Source: a virus (taxonomy: Duplodnaviria; Heunggongvirae; Uroviricota; Caudoviricetes). From it: a stretch of DNA of 34,621 nucleotides. Below the pieces are notes generated by a model, which was not told where the DNA came from, did not search any database, and saw only the letters and a program-made list of their open reading frames with translations. Location: the IMG/VR virus record IMGVR_UViG_2778261697_000003; one strand, 5' to 3'. This document shows positions 26,986 through 34,621 of this stretch, one piece after another; position 1 is the stretch's first letter; every line of letters starts with the position of its first letter. The position numbers and the translations under genes were made by a program.

Positions 26986-27031
26986 AGAAACTAATCGGCC
27001 TTGCAGGGTCGATATGATGAGGAGCAGCAAA

Positions 27032-27394
27032 ATGGCTAGCGAACGCAGTACTGATGTGCAGGCATTTATCGGGGAGCTGGACGGCGGCGTATTTGAAACC
27101 AAAATCGGCGCAGTTCTCAGTGAAGTCGCTTCCGGTGTGATGAACACGAAAACCAAAGGTAAGGTCTCACTCAACCTGGAAATCGAACCATTTGATGAGA
27201 ACCGTGTGAAAATCAAACACAAACTCTCATATGTTCGCCCGACTAACCGTGGGAAAATTTCCGAAGAAGACACCACCGAAACGCCGATGTATGTCAATCG
27301 CGGTGGTCGCCTGACTATTCTGCAGGAAGACCAGGGACAATTACTGACTCTTGCCGGTGATCCTGACGGAAAACTCCGCGCAGCAGGTCATTAA
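27032..27394 (+). CDS. Hypothetical early-left protein (possibly YfdP-like)
   Basis: 120 aa from ATG 27032 with a GAGGAG Shine-Dalgarno 7 nt upstream (the ORF track's longer 182-aa ORF includes the leader hairpin); acidic, not Arg-rich; precedes a YfdQ-like gene. Confidence 0.4.
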   Translation: MASERSTDVQAFIGELDGGVFETKIGAVLSEVASGVMNTKTKGKVSLNLEIEPFDENRVKIKHKLSYVRPTNRGKISEEDTTETPMYVNRGGRLTILQEDQGQLLTLAGDPDGKLRAAGH

Positions 27395-27459
27395 TATCGT
27401 TCTTAATTAACTGATTATTTATCTCATCACTGAATATCTTTATATAGTGAGGACTTATT

Positions 27460-28284
27460 ATGTCTCAGAACTTAAACGCAACCGCAATTAATCAAATCCA
27501 TGCCCTTATTTCTGCTCAGGGTGTTAATGAAATTATCAGTAAGATTGGTGCAGATGCTGTGGCATTGCCTGAGAATTTCCGCATTCATGATCTGGAAAAA
27601 TTTAATTTAAATCGCTTCCGTTTCCGTGGTGCACTTTCCACTGCCAGCATCGATGACTTTACCCGTTATTCTAAAGATCTTGCAGATGAAGGCACCCGCT
27701 GCTTTATCGATGCCGATAATATGCGTGCCGTCAGTGTGCTTAACCTGGGTACTATTGATGAACCAGGTCACGCAGATAACACCGCCACTCTCAAACTGAA
27801 AAAGACAGCACCGTTCTCTGCTCTGTTGTCTGTTAACGGCGAGCGTAACTCCCAGAAGTCACTGGCAGAATGGATTGAAGACTGGGCCGACTATCTTGTG
27901 GGCTTTGATGCTAATGGTGACGCTATTCAGGCAACAAAAGCGGCTGCGGCTGTCCGTAAAATCACGATTGAAGCAAACCAGACCGCTGATTTTGAAGATA
28001 ATGACTTCAGCGGCAAACGCTCCCTGATGGAGTCTGTCGAAGCGAAGACCAAAGACATTATGCCAGTGGCATTTGAATTTAAATGCGTTCCGTTTGAAGG
28101 TCTGAAAGAACGTCCGTTTAAATTACGCCTCAGCATTATCACTGGCGATCGTCCTGTACTGGTTCTGCGCATTATTCAGCTGGAAGCGGTGCAGGAAGAA
28201 ATGGCTAACGAATTTCGTGATCTGCTTGTTGAGAAATTCAAGGACAGCAAAGTAGAAACCTTTATTGGTACTTTCACCGCCTGA
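27460..28284 (+). CDS. yfdQ: DUF2303-family protein (YfdQ-like)
   Basis: 274 aa, the same length as E. coli K-12 CPS-53 prophage YfdQ, and followed by a YfdR-like gene as in CPS-53; assignment from recalled length and synteny. Confidence 0.55.
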   Translation: MSQNLNATAINQIHALISAQGVNEIISKIGADAVALPENFRIHDLEKFNLNRFRFRGALSTASIDDFTRYSKDLADEGTRCFIDADNMRAVSVLNLGTIDEPGHADNTATLKLKKTAPFSALLSVNGERNSQKSLAEWIEDWADYLVGFDANGDAIQATKAAAAVRKITIEANQTADFEDNDFSGKRSLMESVEAKTKDIMPVAFEFKCVPFEGLKERPFKLRLSIITGDRPVLVLRIIQLEAVQEEMANEFRDLLVEKFKDSKVETFIGTFTA

Positions 28285-28411
28285 TTTCATTACTGCAAAT
28301 GCCCCTGCAGGGGCATTTATGGAAACATAATTTACTCAATAATCGCCGGGTGGTGAGGGCTTCCTTTTACCAGAATTCAGCGCGGTGCAGCGCATATACA
28401 TGGAGAACAAA

Positions 28412-28948
28412 ATGTCATTTATTAAAACTTTTTCCGGGAAGCATTTTTATTATGACAGGATAAATAAAGACGACATCGATATTAACGATATCGCGGTTTC
28501 CCTTTCAAATATCTGTCGCTTTGCCGGTCATCTTTCGCACTTCTACAGCGTCGCCCAACATGCGGTGCTTTGCAGCCAACTGGTACCGCAGGAATTTGCT
28601 TTTGAAGCGTTAATGCATGATGCAACAGAAGCGTATTGTCAGGACATCCCCGCTCCACTGAAACGCCTTCTTCCTGACTATAAACAGATGGAAGAAAAAA
28701 TAGACGCCGTAATCCGTGAGAAATACAGGTTACCCCCGGTTATGAGTACGCCCGTGAAATATGCCGATCTCATCATGCTGGCAACCGAACGCCGCGATCT
28801 CGGGCTTGATGATGGCTCTTTCTGGCCTGTACTGGAAGGCATCCCGGCAACAGAGATGTTCAGCGTGATTCCACTGGCACCGGGCCATGCCTACGGGATG
28901 TTTATGGAACGCTTTAACGAATTATCGGAGTTACGCAAATGCGCATGA
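28412..28948 (+). CDS. yfdR: HD-domain phosphohydrolase (YfdR-like 5'-deoxynucleotidase)
   Basis: 178 aa from MSFIKTFSGKHFYY...; HD-motif region ...AQHAVLCSQL...ALMHDATEAY...; same length as E. coli YfdR. Confidence 0.65.
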   Translation: MSFIKTFSGKHFYYDRINKDDIDINDIAVSLSNICRFAGHLSHFYSVAQHAVLCSQLVPQEFAFEALMHDATEAYCQDIPAPLKRLLPDYKQMEEKIDAVIREKYRLPPVMSTPVKYADLIMLATERRDLGLDDGSFWPVLEGIPATEMFSVIPLAPGHAYGMFMERFNELSELRKCA

Positions 28949-28982
28949 GTCTTTCAACCGAACAATCACTGGAGGGGCAGCA

Positions 28983-29177
28983 ATGAACAACTTAATGACA
29001 ACAAAACAAGTCGCCGAATTCTGTGGCGTTTCAATATCGACGGTGCTTCGCTGGAACAGCGTAAACAGGAGGACTGGCCAGAAATACAGACCAGATTTTC
29101 CAGATCCTGATATTAAATCCTGCCCAAATAAATGGGCATCACGCAAGATATACAGGTTTGCTGGAGTTATTGAGTAA
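28983..29177 (+). CDS. Excisionase / AlpA-family small DNA-binding protein
   Basis: 64 aa from MNNLMTTKQVAEFCGVSISTVLRW... (HTH); last gene of the early-left operon, adjacent to the int-proximal region. Confidence 0.5.
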   Translation: MNNLMTTKQVAEFCGVSISTVLRWNSVNRRTGQKYRPDFPDPDIKSCPNKWASRKIYRFAGVIE

Positions 29178-29210
29178 TGGGTATTATCTCACATATGAGC
29201 TAATACCCAT
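29177..29210. repeat. 34-bp near-perfect palindrome immediately after the xis-like stop
   Basis: ATGGGTATTA-tctcacatatgagc-TAATACCCAT (10-bp perfect arms; the loop is itself partly palindromic); no flanking T-run. Confidence 0.35.
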
Positions 29211-29389
29211 CTATGACACAGAGCCAAATCTAATGGGCTACCCATCCTGTGTCAGGGGCTGACTTTTAATGCCATAATTCACCGCCAGACAAAAACTGTA
29301 TTGCATTGCACGAGAGGCGCAGCCTTGTTAGTTCGAGTGTTTTTACCTTGCTAGCCTCCACAGCTCGCACGCCCCGACACTCGTCACTT

Positions 29390-32300
29390 TCACACGCAGC
29401 GCCTTCGAGAATATTCATTTAATCGCTGGTAACGAACATCTTGCTCCAGTTGTGGAGCAGCTTGAACAATTTGAAGCAAGCATTGCCCCAACTCTCGAGG
29501 CCCCCACTGTTGGTCGGCAATCACAGAACTCAGCAAGGATAGAGCGTCCGCAGGATATCGACTGCAAATATCCGATTTGAGCAAAAGGCGAACGTCGTAG
29601 CTCGGGTGTTCGAGCGGTTGCAGCCAGTCCCGCACCACAGCCAAAGCAGCCGGAAATTCACCTCGGGCAGCAATCACCATACGAGTCAACGATTCGGATA
29701 TGCGCGGGGTGGCCAAGTTACGGGACTTTGGCCAGACCTGTTGCCAGAATGGCTGGACACGATTTTTCCAATAGTCCTCGCGCTGATCGCCGGCACCTTC
29801 AAGTGCCTGGTATAACGCCTGCGCGGCCCCCTCCAGACCTTCTTGTGGAAGAGCACTAATTGCCGTTCTGAACTCCTCCACGGTATATCCATCAGTAGGG
29901 CCCAATGCTGCATAAGTCAGGAAAGTAGCGAATTGCTGCCGGTGCTCGCCAAGATCAGAATAGTGATTGGCGCTCTCCAAAAAATCTGACTTGAAAGCTA
30001 TCAGCAACGGTTCATACAGGCGTGGCGACCAGAGGAAGCCTTCCCACACAGCTTTTGCTTCGATGGGATTACTCCAAGCAAACAAGGGCAATAGGTACTG
30101 TTCGGTCCAAGGTCGATCTACACGAAAAAATGCGATCAGCCGCGACCCCAGCAACACCCGACCATGGCGGAATTGCTCTATCTGTACATTACACAATTTG
30201 GTGAAAAGTGGTTTCAATTCAGCAGTAAGCAAATCATTGTCATTCGGGTTCTGTTTGAACCATAGGGTGATCAGTGATTGCGTGACATGCCCAATTGGAT
30301 GATTGATCGCTGTAGAAACAGGATTATAGGTCTCAATTCCGTTTCGAATAGTGCTAGACTCTGGGCTTGTTTCTATCATCAGAAGCCGACTACAAAGGGC
30401 CAGTAGAATCTTCTCGTGGCAGAGGATGGACTTCGAAGCCTCCTCCATCCACCAAGTGACAGCGTGTGAAATCTCCTGAAGTACTGCGTCAGGCATGTCA
30501 AGCACCAACGGTGCGGCGTACCGCCACGAACGCAAAATCATCCCTGGTTCAGCCCAAGTCTGCAGAGCTTCACACCACCGACCAATAGGCCACACATCAT
30601 CTTGTGATAGTTTACGTAACGCATACAGACTGTGAAAAAAGCGCGTACGGCAAACATCACTCCAAGTGTCTTCATAGAAAGGCAGTCTTTCTGGCATAGG
30701 CTCTGCGAGCCATTGTACTAGTTCCTGCCACTTACGGGGCGCAATGTCGACATCTAGACTCTCCTCGAAGTCTGGATCACCGGTTCCGCTCATCCAGTGA
30801 GAGAATTCATCACGCTCGTTGGTAGCCAGTTGCCATTTTGGGTATGCTGTGGATATTTCCGTCAAACGTGTAGCCGCAGACTCTCCCAAAACGAGGCCCG
30901 CTCCCCTGAGCTTCGCTAGACACAACCAGACGGAATGAGCCACCAAATAATGCCACCTGTCTGCTTCCAAATTATCTTGGTACATCTCGCGCGGAGGCCC
31001 CGCCAAGATAGCAGTTTCCAGACGCTCTTGTGCAATTCCTGTCAGATGTCGCCCCTGCAAAACAAACAGTCTGAATACCTCTCGCCCAGTATCCGTGGCC
31101 CACAACCACCATGAACCGTCCTCCAACAACCAATTAACCCACCGCTCAGGTGGTATACAGTTGTCTTGGCTTGCGGCAAACAGGGCCAGACGTTTGAAGG
31201 TGGGATATGGCAACTCAAACCAATTCTGAGCAATGCGCATAGCCCGATCGCTGTCTTTAGCTCGAACGGCTAACCATGAATCTCGAAGTAATTCAATCAG
31301 GCTCACCCAATCGCGGAACCCCCGGTTCTGCCTGTGCGGAGTGATGGACGGCAAATCCCAATGCGAGCGGTCGTGACGATCGTCGGCCTCTCCCAACTCC
31401 CGCAACAAGTCCAGTGCATCACGCAACAACTGCTGAAAATCTTCCAACAGGTATGGCAAGGACGATTTCCATGAATCGTCAGCAAGGTCGAACAGGGTTG
31501 AATGTACGTAATCAGCAGTCAGCACCAGCTCCCAGTCCACCAATTGCTTGATTCGCAAGGGCTCATCAGTGCTGCTCGAATCGTCTTCACGATAGCGAAA
31601 CGGCCGCCTCAACATCACCTTGGGAGAAAGTAACTCACGTAACTCCAAGCGCAATGTAGTCGTCAAGCCTTCATTCTTTAAGCGGTTTTGCCAACGATAC
31701 AGATCTGGGTTCTGCAATGGCGATTTCACACGACCACTAAGCAGAAGCCGCCATAAAGTAAACATTGGTGGACTAGGAATAGCCTTGGGGGAATGCAAGA
31801 GAATTTCATCCAACTCAGAAGTCTTGCGCTCCCGCACCAGTGCTGCTAAGCGATCTAGTTCGCTCTCAATCAGAAGCATCCAACGGTCGTGTATCTGTCC
31901 GCCGCGTGCAGCAATCCATATGATCAACCTAGGGTCGCCCAGATAACGAACTAGCCAACGGGCTATATGGGACATTACGTCATCCCATTTGCTAACACTG
32001 ACACATCCAGAAGCCAGCGACATCTGCGGGGCTAGCTCATAGGGCGCAGGACGCTGAACCAGACTGAATCGGAGTTTCGGGTCAATTTCGGCATGCGGAG
32101 ATACACAAAAGCGTGGCAGATCGCTGTATTGAAATCGTTCGTCCGAGAAAGCTTTCAATAACCAATCCAGCGGCGGTGCAGGATTGAGTTCCGCAAAACA
32201 TTTTGCTGGTAAACCTGACTTATCTGATAATGCCCACATCATCCGACCAACGAAATCGTCCTGTCGTGTGCTATCCTGCGGGCGGGCCAGAGCATGTTTG

Positions 32301-33217
32301 ACGACAATGGCTTCTTTGCCCTGTATACCATCGCGATAAATATCTGCCCAAGCGCACAATGTATAGTGCATCGCTGAATGATCATTGGTGTCCGCCGGTA
32401 CGGTGTAAAGGATGGGTGTGACCCCCTTGGCCTCCCACTCAATAGATTTCCGGTGCTCCTGCCCCGGCTTACATTCTCCTAGTGCCCATACTTGCGGCGT
32501 GACTTCACCGAGCCTCCGATCTGCTGCCAGTGCGTCCATCATATAGCGTAGCACCGGGTCGTTGATGCTGTAGCCCACGAAGCAGACCACGTAGTTACGG
32601 AACAAGTCACTTACAAAACGGGCAGCCCAGCGTTCCGTGAGATAGGCTAAGCCAAAGTCGCCACTAGTGACAACCAGACGATTCAGAGCAGTATCGTCTG
32701 TCTTTTCCGGTAACAACCCATGCAGGTAGACTATTCCGTCCCAGCGACTGTTTTTTGGAATTGGCAACATCGGCGCTACATAAGCCTGAAACGCTTGAGT
32801 CGTGCGTTTAGCTGCCACATGAAATAAGCGGTCAAAGTTGGTAGTAACTAACCGAAGGGCACCATCGCGGCTACGCGCCAAACGCAACAGCGCCGTCTGA
32901 GTATCAGTTGCGCCCCTATTGTGAAGTTTTGGCTTAAGGGCTTGTTCCAGCGCGCGACGGACGGCTATACGCTGTCCCGGTAAGCGCCGTTCCAACAAAT
33001 CCAATGTGGCGTCGAACTGACCTCGATTGAAGGCCTCACGCTCAATTTCTGAAAGTGTTGTTCCGTTCAACTGGTAAATCCGCTCTACCAATCCCTCAAA
33101 ACCTGGCAAATCAGCAGGGTAGGAAATGCCAGCCCCGCAGAAGAACACCACGCGGCCTTCCTCGTGCGCCTGCAAAAGTTCATCCGGAATATCAGGGCCG
33201 TTGGTGATAAATTGCAT
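29390..33217 (-). CDS. Large SIR2-domain protein (N-terminal SIR2-like NAD-binding domain plus about 950-aa helical C-terminal region); candidate defence-associated sirtuin (DSR-like)
   Basis: 1275 aa; AGGAGG Shine-Dalgarno upstream of ATG 33217; SIR2-family motifs in order: VVFFCGAGISYPADLP (res 23-38), LVTTNFDRLFH (res 123-133), IVYLHGLL (res 162-169), VCFVGYSINDP (res 211-221); the remainder is Leu/Trp-rich and helical-looking; located between xis and int. Confidence 0.6.
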   Translation of the reverse strand: MQFITNGPDIPDELLQAHEEGRVVFFCGAGISYPADLPGFEGLVERIYQLNGTTLSEIEREAFNRGQFDATLDLLERRLPGQRIAVRRALEQALKPKLHNRGATDTQTALLRLARSRDGALRLVTTNFDRLFHVAAKRTTQAFQAYVAPMLPIPKNSRWDGIVYLHGLLPEKTDDTALNRLVVTSGDFGLAYLTERWAARFVSDLFRNYVVCFVGYSINDPVLRYMMDALAADRRLGEVTPQVWALGECKPGQEHRKSIEWEAKGVTPILYTVPADTNDHSAMHYTLCAWADIYRDGIQGKEAIVVKHALARPQDSTRQDDFVGRMMWALSDKSGLPAKCFAELNPAPPLDWLLKAFSDERFQYSDLPRFCVSPHAEIDPKLRFSLVQRPAPYELAPQMSLASGCVSVSKWDDVMSHIARWLVRYLGDPRLIIWIAARGGQIHDRWMLLIESELDRLAALVRERKTSELDEILLHSPKAIPSPPMFTLWRLLLSGRVKSPLQNPDLYRWQNRLKNEGLTTTLRLELRELLSPKVMLRRPFRYREDDSSSTDEPLRIKQLVDWELVLTADYVHSTLFDLADDSWKSSLPYLLEDFQQLLRDALDLLRELGEADDRHDRSHWDLPSITPHRQNRGFRDWVSLIELLRDSWLAVRAKDSDRAMRIAQNWFELPYPTFKRLALFAASQDNCIPPERWVNWLLEDGSWWLWATDTGREVFRLFVLQGRHLTGIAQERLETAILAGPPREMYQDNLEADRWHYLVAHSVWLCLAKLRGAGLVLGESAATRLTEISTAYPKWQLATNERDEFSHWMSGTGDPDFEESLDVDIAPRKWQELVQWLAEPMPERLPFYEDTWSDVCRTRFFHSLYALRKLSQDDVWPIGRWCEALQTWAEPGMILRSWRYAAPLVLDMPDAVLQEISHAVTWWMEEASKSILCHEKILLALCSRLLMIETSPESSTIRNGIETYNPVSTAINHPIGHVTQSLITLWFKQNPNDNDLLTAELKPLFTKLCNVQIEQFRHGRVLLGSRLIAFFRVDRPWTEQYLLPLFAWSNPIEAKAVWEGFLWSPRLYEPLLIAFKSDFLESANHYSDLGEHRQQFATFLTYAALGPTDGYTVEEFRTAISALPQEGLEGAAQALYQALEGAGDQREDYWKNRVQPFWQQVWPKSRNLATPRISESLTRMVIAARGEFPAALAVVRDWLQPLEHPSYDVRLLLKSDICSRYPADALSLLSSVIADQQWGPRELGQCLLQIVQAAPQLEQDVRYQRLNEYSRRRCV

Positions 33218-33403
33218 TCCTTTACCTCCTATCCAATGTGTATGTTCATTCGAGCAAATTAGGGGACAATGGGGCTATAGATGATTAGACCGACTATGCA
33301 AACACTGCTTCCTTGCAAGCTACCCTGATCTAGCCAAATCACAATGTCCGCTCTCCTATCAAAGCGAACGGCTAGATTTGATTGTATTATGGCTACTCAA
33401 GGC

Positions 33404-34621
33404 TCAGTTAGAGTCTGAGCAAGTAATTATCGATTCAATCCTCTCCCACCATGCCAGGTAAGCTTTACGCTGTTCTTCTAGATAATCGCTCTTATCATAA
33501 ACTTGCCATACCCCCGGCAGTTTATGACCGAGCATTATTTCTGCAATATGAGGCGCAGTAAGATCAGAAAAGTTTGTTCGTGCTGTGCGCCTCAAATCAT
33601 GAAGAGACCAATGAGGGAATTGATACCCCAAACGCCGCCATGCGTACTGCATTAAATTGTAAGGCAGCGACTGCAATGATGTCCGACCAACGGGTTCCCT
33701 GCTTCCTTCCTTAGTAAAAAGCATATCGGAACCATTGTTCATAGAGATAGCGTACTTTATAAGCTCTTCAACCGGTTCAATAATGGGCCGCTTTAGCGGT
33801 TCGCCTGTTATCTCCCCAGTCTTATGTCGTTCTGGTGGTACAGTCCATACTTTATTAATGAAATCAAAATCGTCCACCCGGGCGGTAATTAGCTCTGAAC
33901 TACGGCAACCAAAATGCAGCAATAGTTTAATGAAGGCCCGGTATTTAGGAACCATTCGAGAACCATCGATCGCAGCATAAAGGATTTTAATTTCATCATG
34001 TGTCAGAAACCGTTTCTTCTGACCTTTACGGATATCCATATCTTTACCCGTGATATCCGACAGCGGGCGAGTTTCAATGAGCTTTCTCTTATACGCCCAG
34101 ACATGGGCCTGCTTTGCGTTAATTAGCAATCGGTCTGCTATTGCTGGAGTCTTAGTGCTAAGAGGCTCCAGGACTTCTAACCAATCATGCAATGTAGCTG
34201 CATCGTGAGGGATATTCCCGATTTTAGAAAACAGGTGCAGCTCAAACGAGCGGAGTATCTGTTCAGAACCTTTTTTATTTTTTACACAATATGCTTCATA
34301 CCAGGCACGGATCACAGACTCTACCGTCATGGCTTCAGTAGCTTTTCGTTTTTCAGCCTGCTTGACCAATCGTGGATTACGGTTTGACTCGAGTTCACCA
34401 CGAAGACGGATAACTTCTTCTCTGGCCTCTTTTAATCCAGTTGCCGGGTAAGTCCCGATATCAAGACGCTCACCTTTCCCTGCCCATTGATAACGATATT
34501 GGAACACTACGCGACCTTTCGGTGATACTCTGACAGACAGACCATCACGATCGGATTTAACCAAAACCTTATCACGTTCCTTTCCAACGACTGAACGCAA
34601 CCACGCATCAGACAGCGCCAT
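33404..34621 (-). CDS. int: Tyrosine recombinase / integrase (P4-type)
   Basis: 405 aa with its ATG at the last 3 nt of the window (MALSDAWLRSV...); C-terminal catalytic region ...HDLRRTARTNFSDL...HKLPGVWQVYDKSDYLEEQ... Confidence 0.85.
   Translation of the reverse strand: MALSDAWLRSVVGKERDKVLVKSDRDGLSVRVSPKGRVVFQYRYQWAGKGERLDIGTYPATGLKEAREEVIRLRGELESNRNPRLVKQAEKRKATEAMTVESVIRAWYEAYCVKNKKGSEQILRSFELHLFSKIGNIPHDAATLHDWLEVLEPLSTKTPAIADRLLINAKQAHVWAYKRKLIETRPLSDITGKDMDIRKGQKKRFLTHDEIKILYAAIDGSRMVPKYRAFIKLLLHFGCRSSELITARVDDFDFINKVWTVPPERHKTGEITGEPLKRPIIEPVEELIKYAISMNNGSDMLFTKEGSREPVGRTSLQSLPYNLMQYAWRRLGYQFPHWSLHDLRRTARTNFSDLTAPHIAEIMLGHKLPGVWQVYDKSDYLEEQRKAYLAWWERIESIITCSDSN

Noticed and set aside
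26846-27031. The ORF track's 182-aa version of the first early-left gene, starting at 26846
   Set aside because: The upstream extension runs through the long leader hairpin and has no RBS; the ATG at 27032 has a GAGGAG Shine-Dalgarno sequence at ideal spacing.
27032-27394. Whether the first early-left protein is an N-type antiterminator
   Set aside because: It is acidic and lacks an Arg-rich N-terminal motif; no nut-site boxA/boxB was confidently identified, so no N analogue is called.
29606-32442. Several 60-110-aa ORFs on both strands within the SIR2-domain gene
   Set aside because: All are nested within the uninterrupted 1275-aa ORF; no independent signals.
1-34621. Insertion sequences, transposases or integrons as the source of the cargo genes
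   Set aside because: No transposase-like ORF or terminal inverted repeats flanking the SIR2 gene or the Q-S moron were seen; both appear to be embedded directly in the phage backbone.

Overview
This window is an almost complete lambda-like (cos-type) prophage of an Enterobacteriaceae host (E. coli/Shigella-like), with its late operon on the minus strand. Reading left to right: tail genes J (truncated at the window start), I, K, L, M, H, G-T, V, U, Z; head genes (FII-like, DUF2190-like, fused protease-scaffold-major capsid, portal, W-like, terminase large and small subunits); a cos-like site; bor (plus strand); lysis cassette Rz/Rz1, R, holin; a plus-strand moron; antiterminator Q; nin-like region (DUF968, KilA-N, RusA, LexA-DNA-binding-like, PerC-like); replication initiator with internal iterons; CII-like, Cro-like, operators, CI repressor; an early-left cassette (yfdP/yfdQ/yfdR-like); an Xis/AlpA-like gene; a 1275-aa SIR2-domain protein; and a tyrosine integrase at the window end. 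Most calls rest on recalled similarity to phage lambda and E. coli K-12 prophage proteins plus gene order; no database search was run. The two best candidates for an accessory or defence function are (1) the 1275-aa SIR2-domain protein between xis and int (29390..33217, minus), which has the architecture of a defence-associated sirtuin, and (2) a 331-aa ClpP/SDH-fold serine-peptidase-like protein with a coupled 59-aa ORF inserted antisense between Q and the holin (18814..19981, plus). No tRNA, rRNA, CRISPR array or transposase was recognised.
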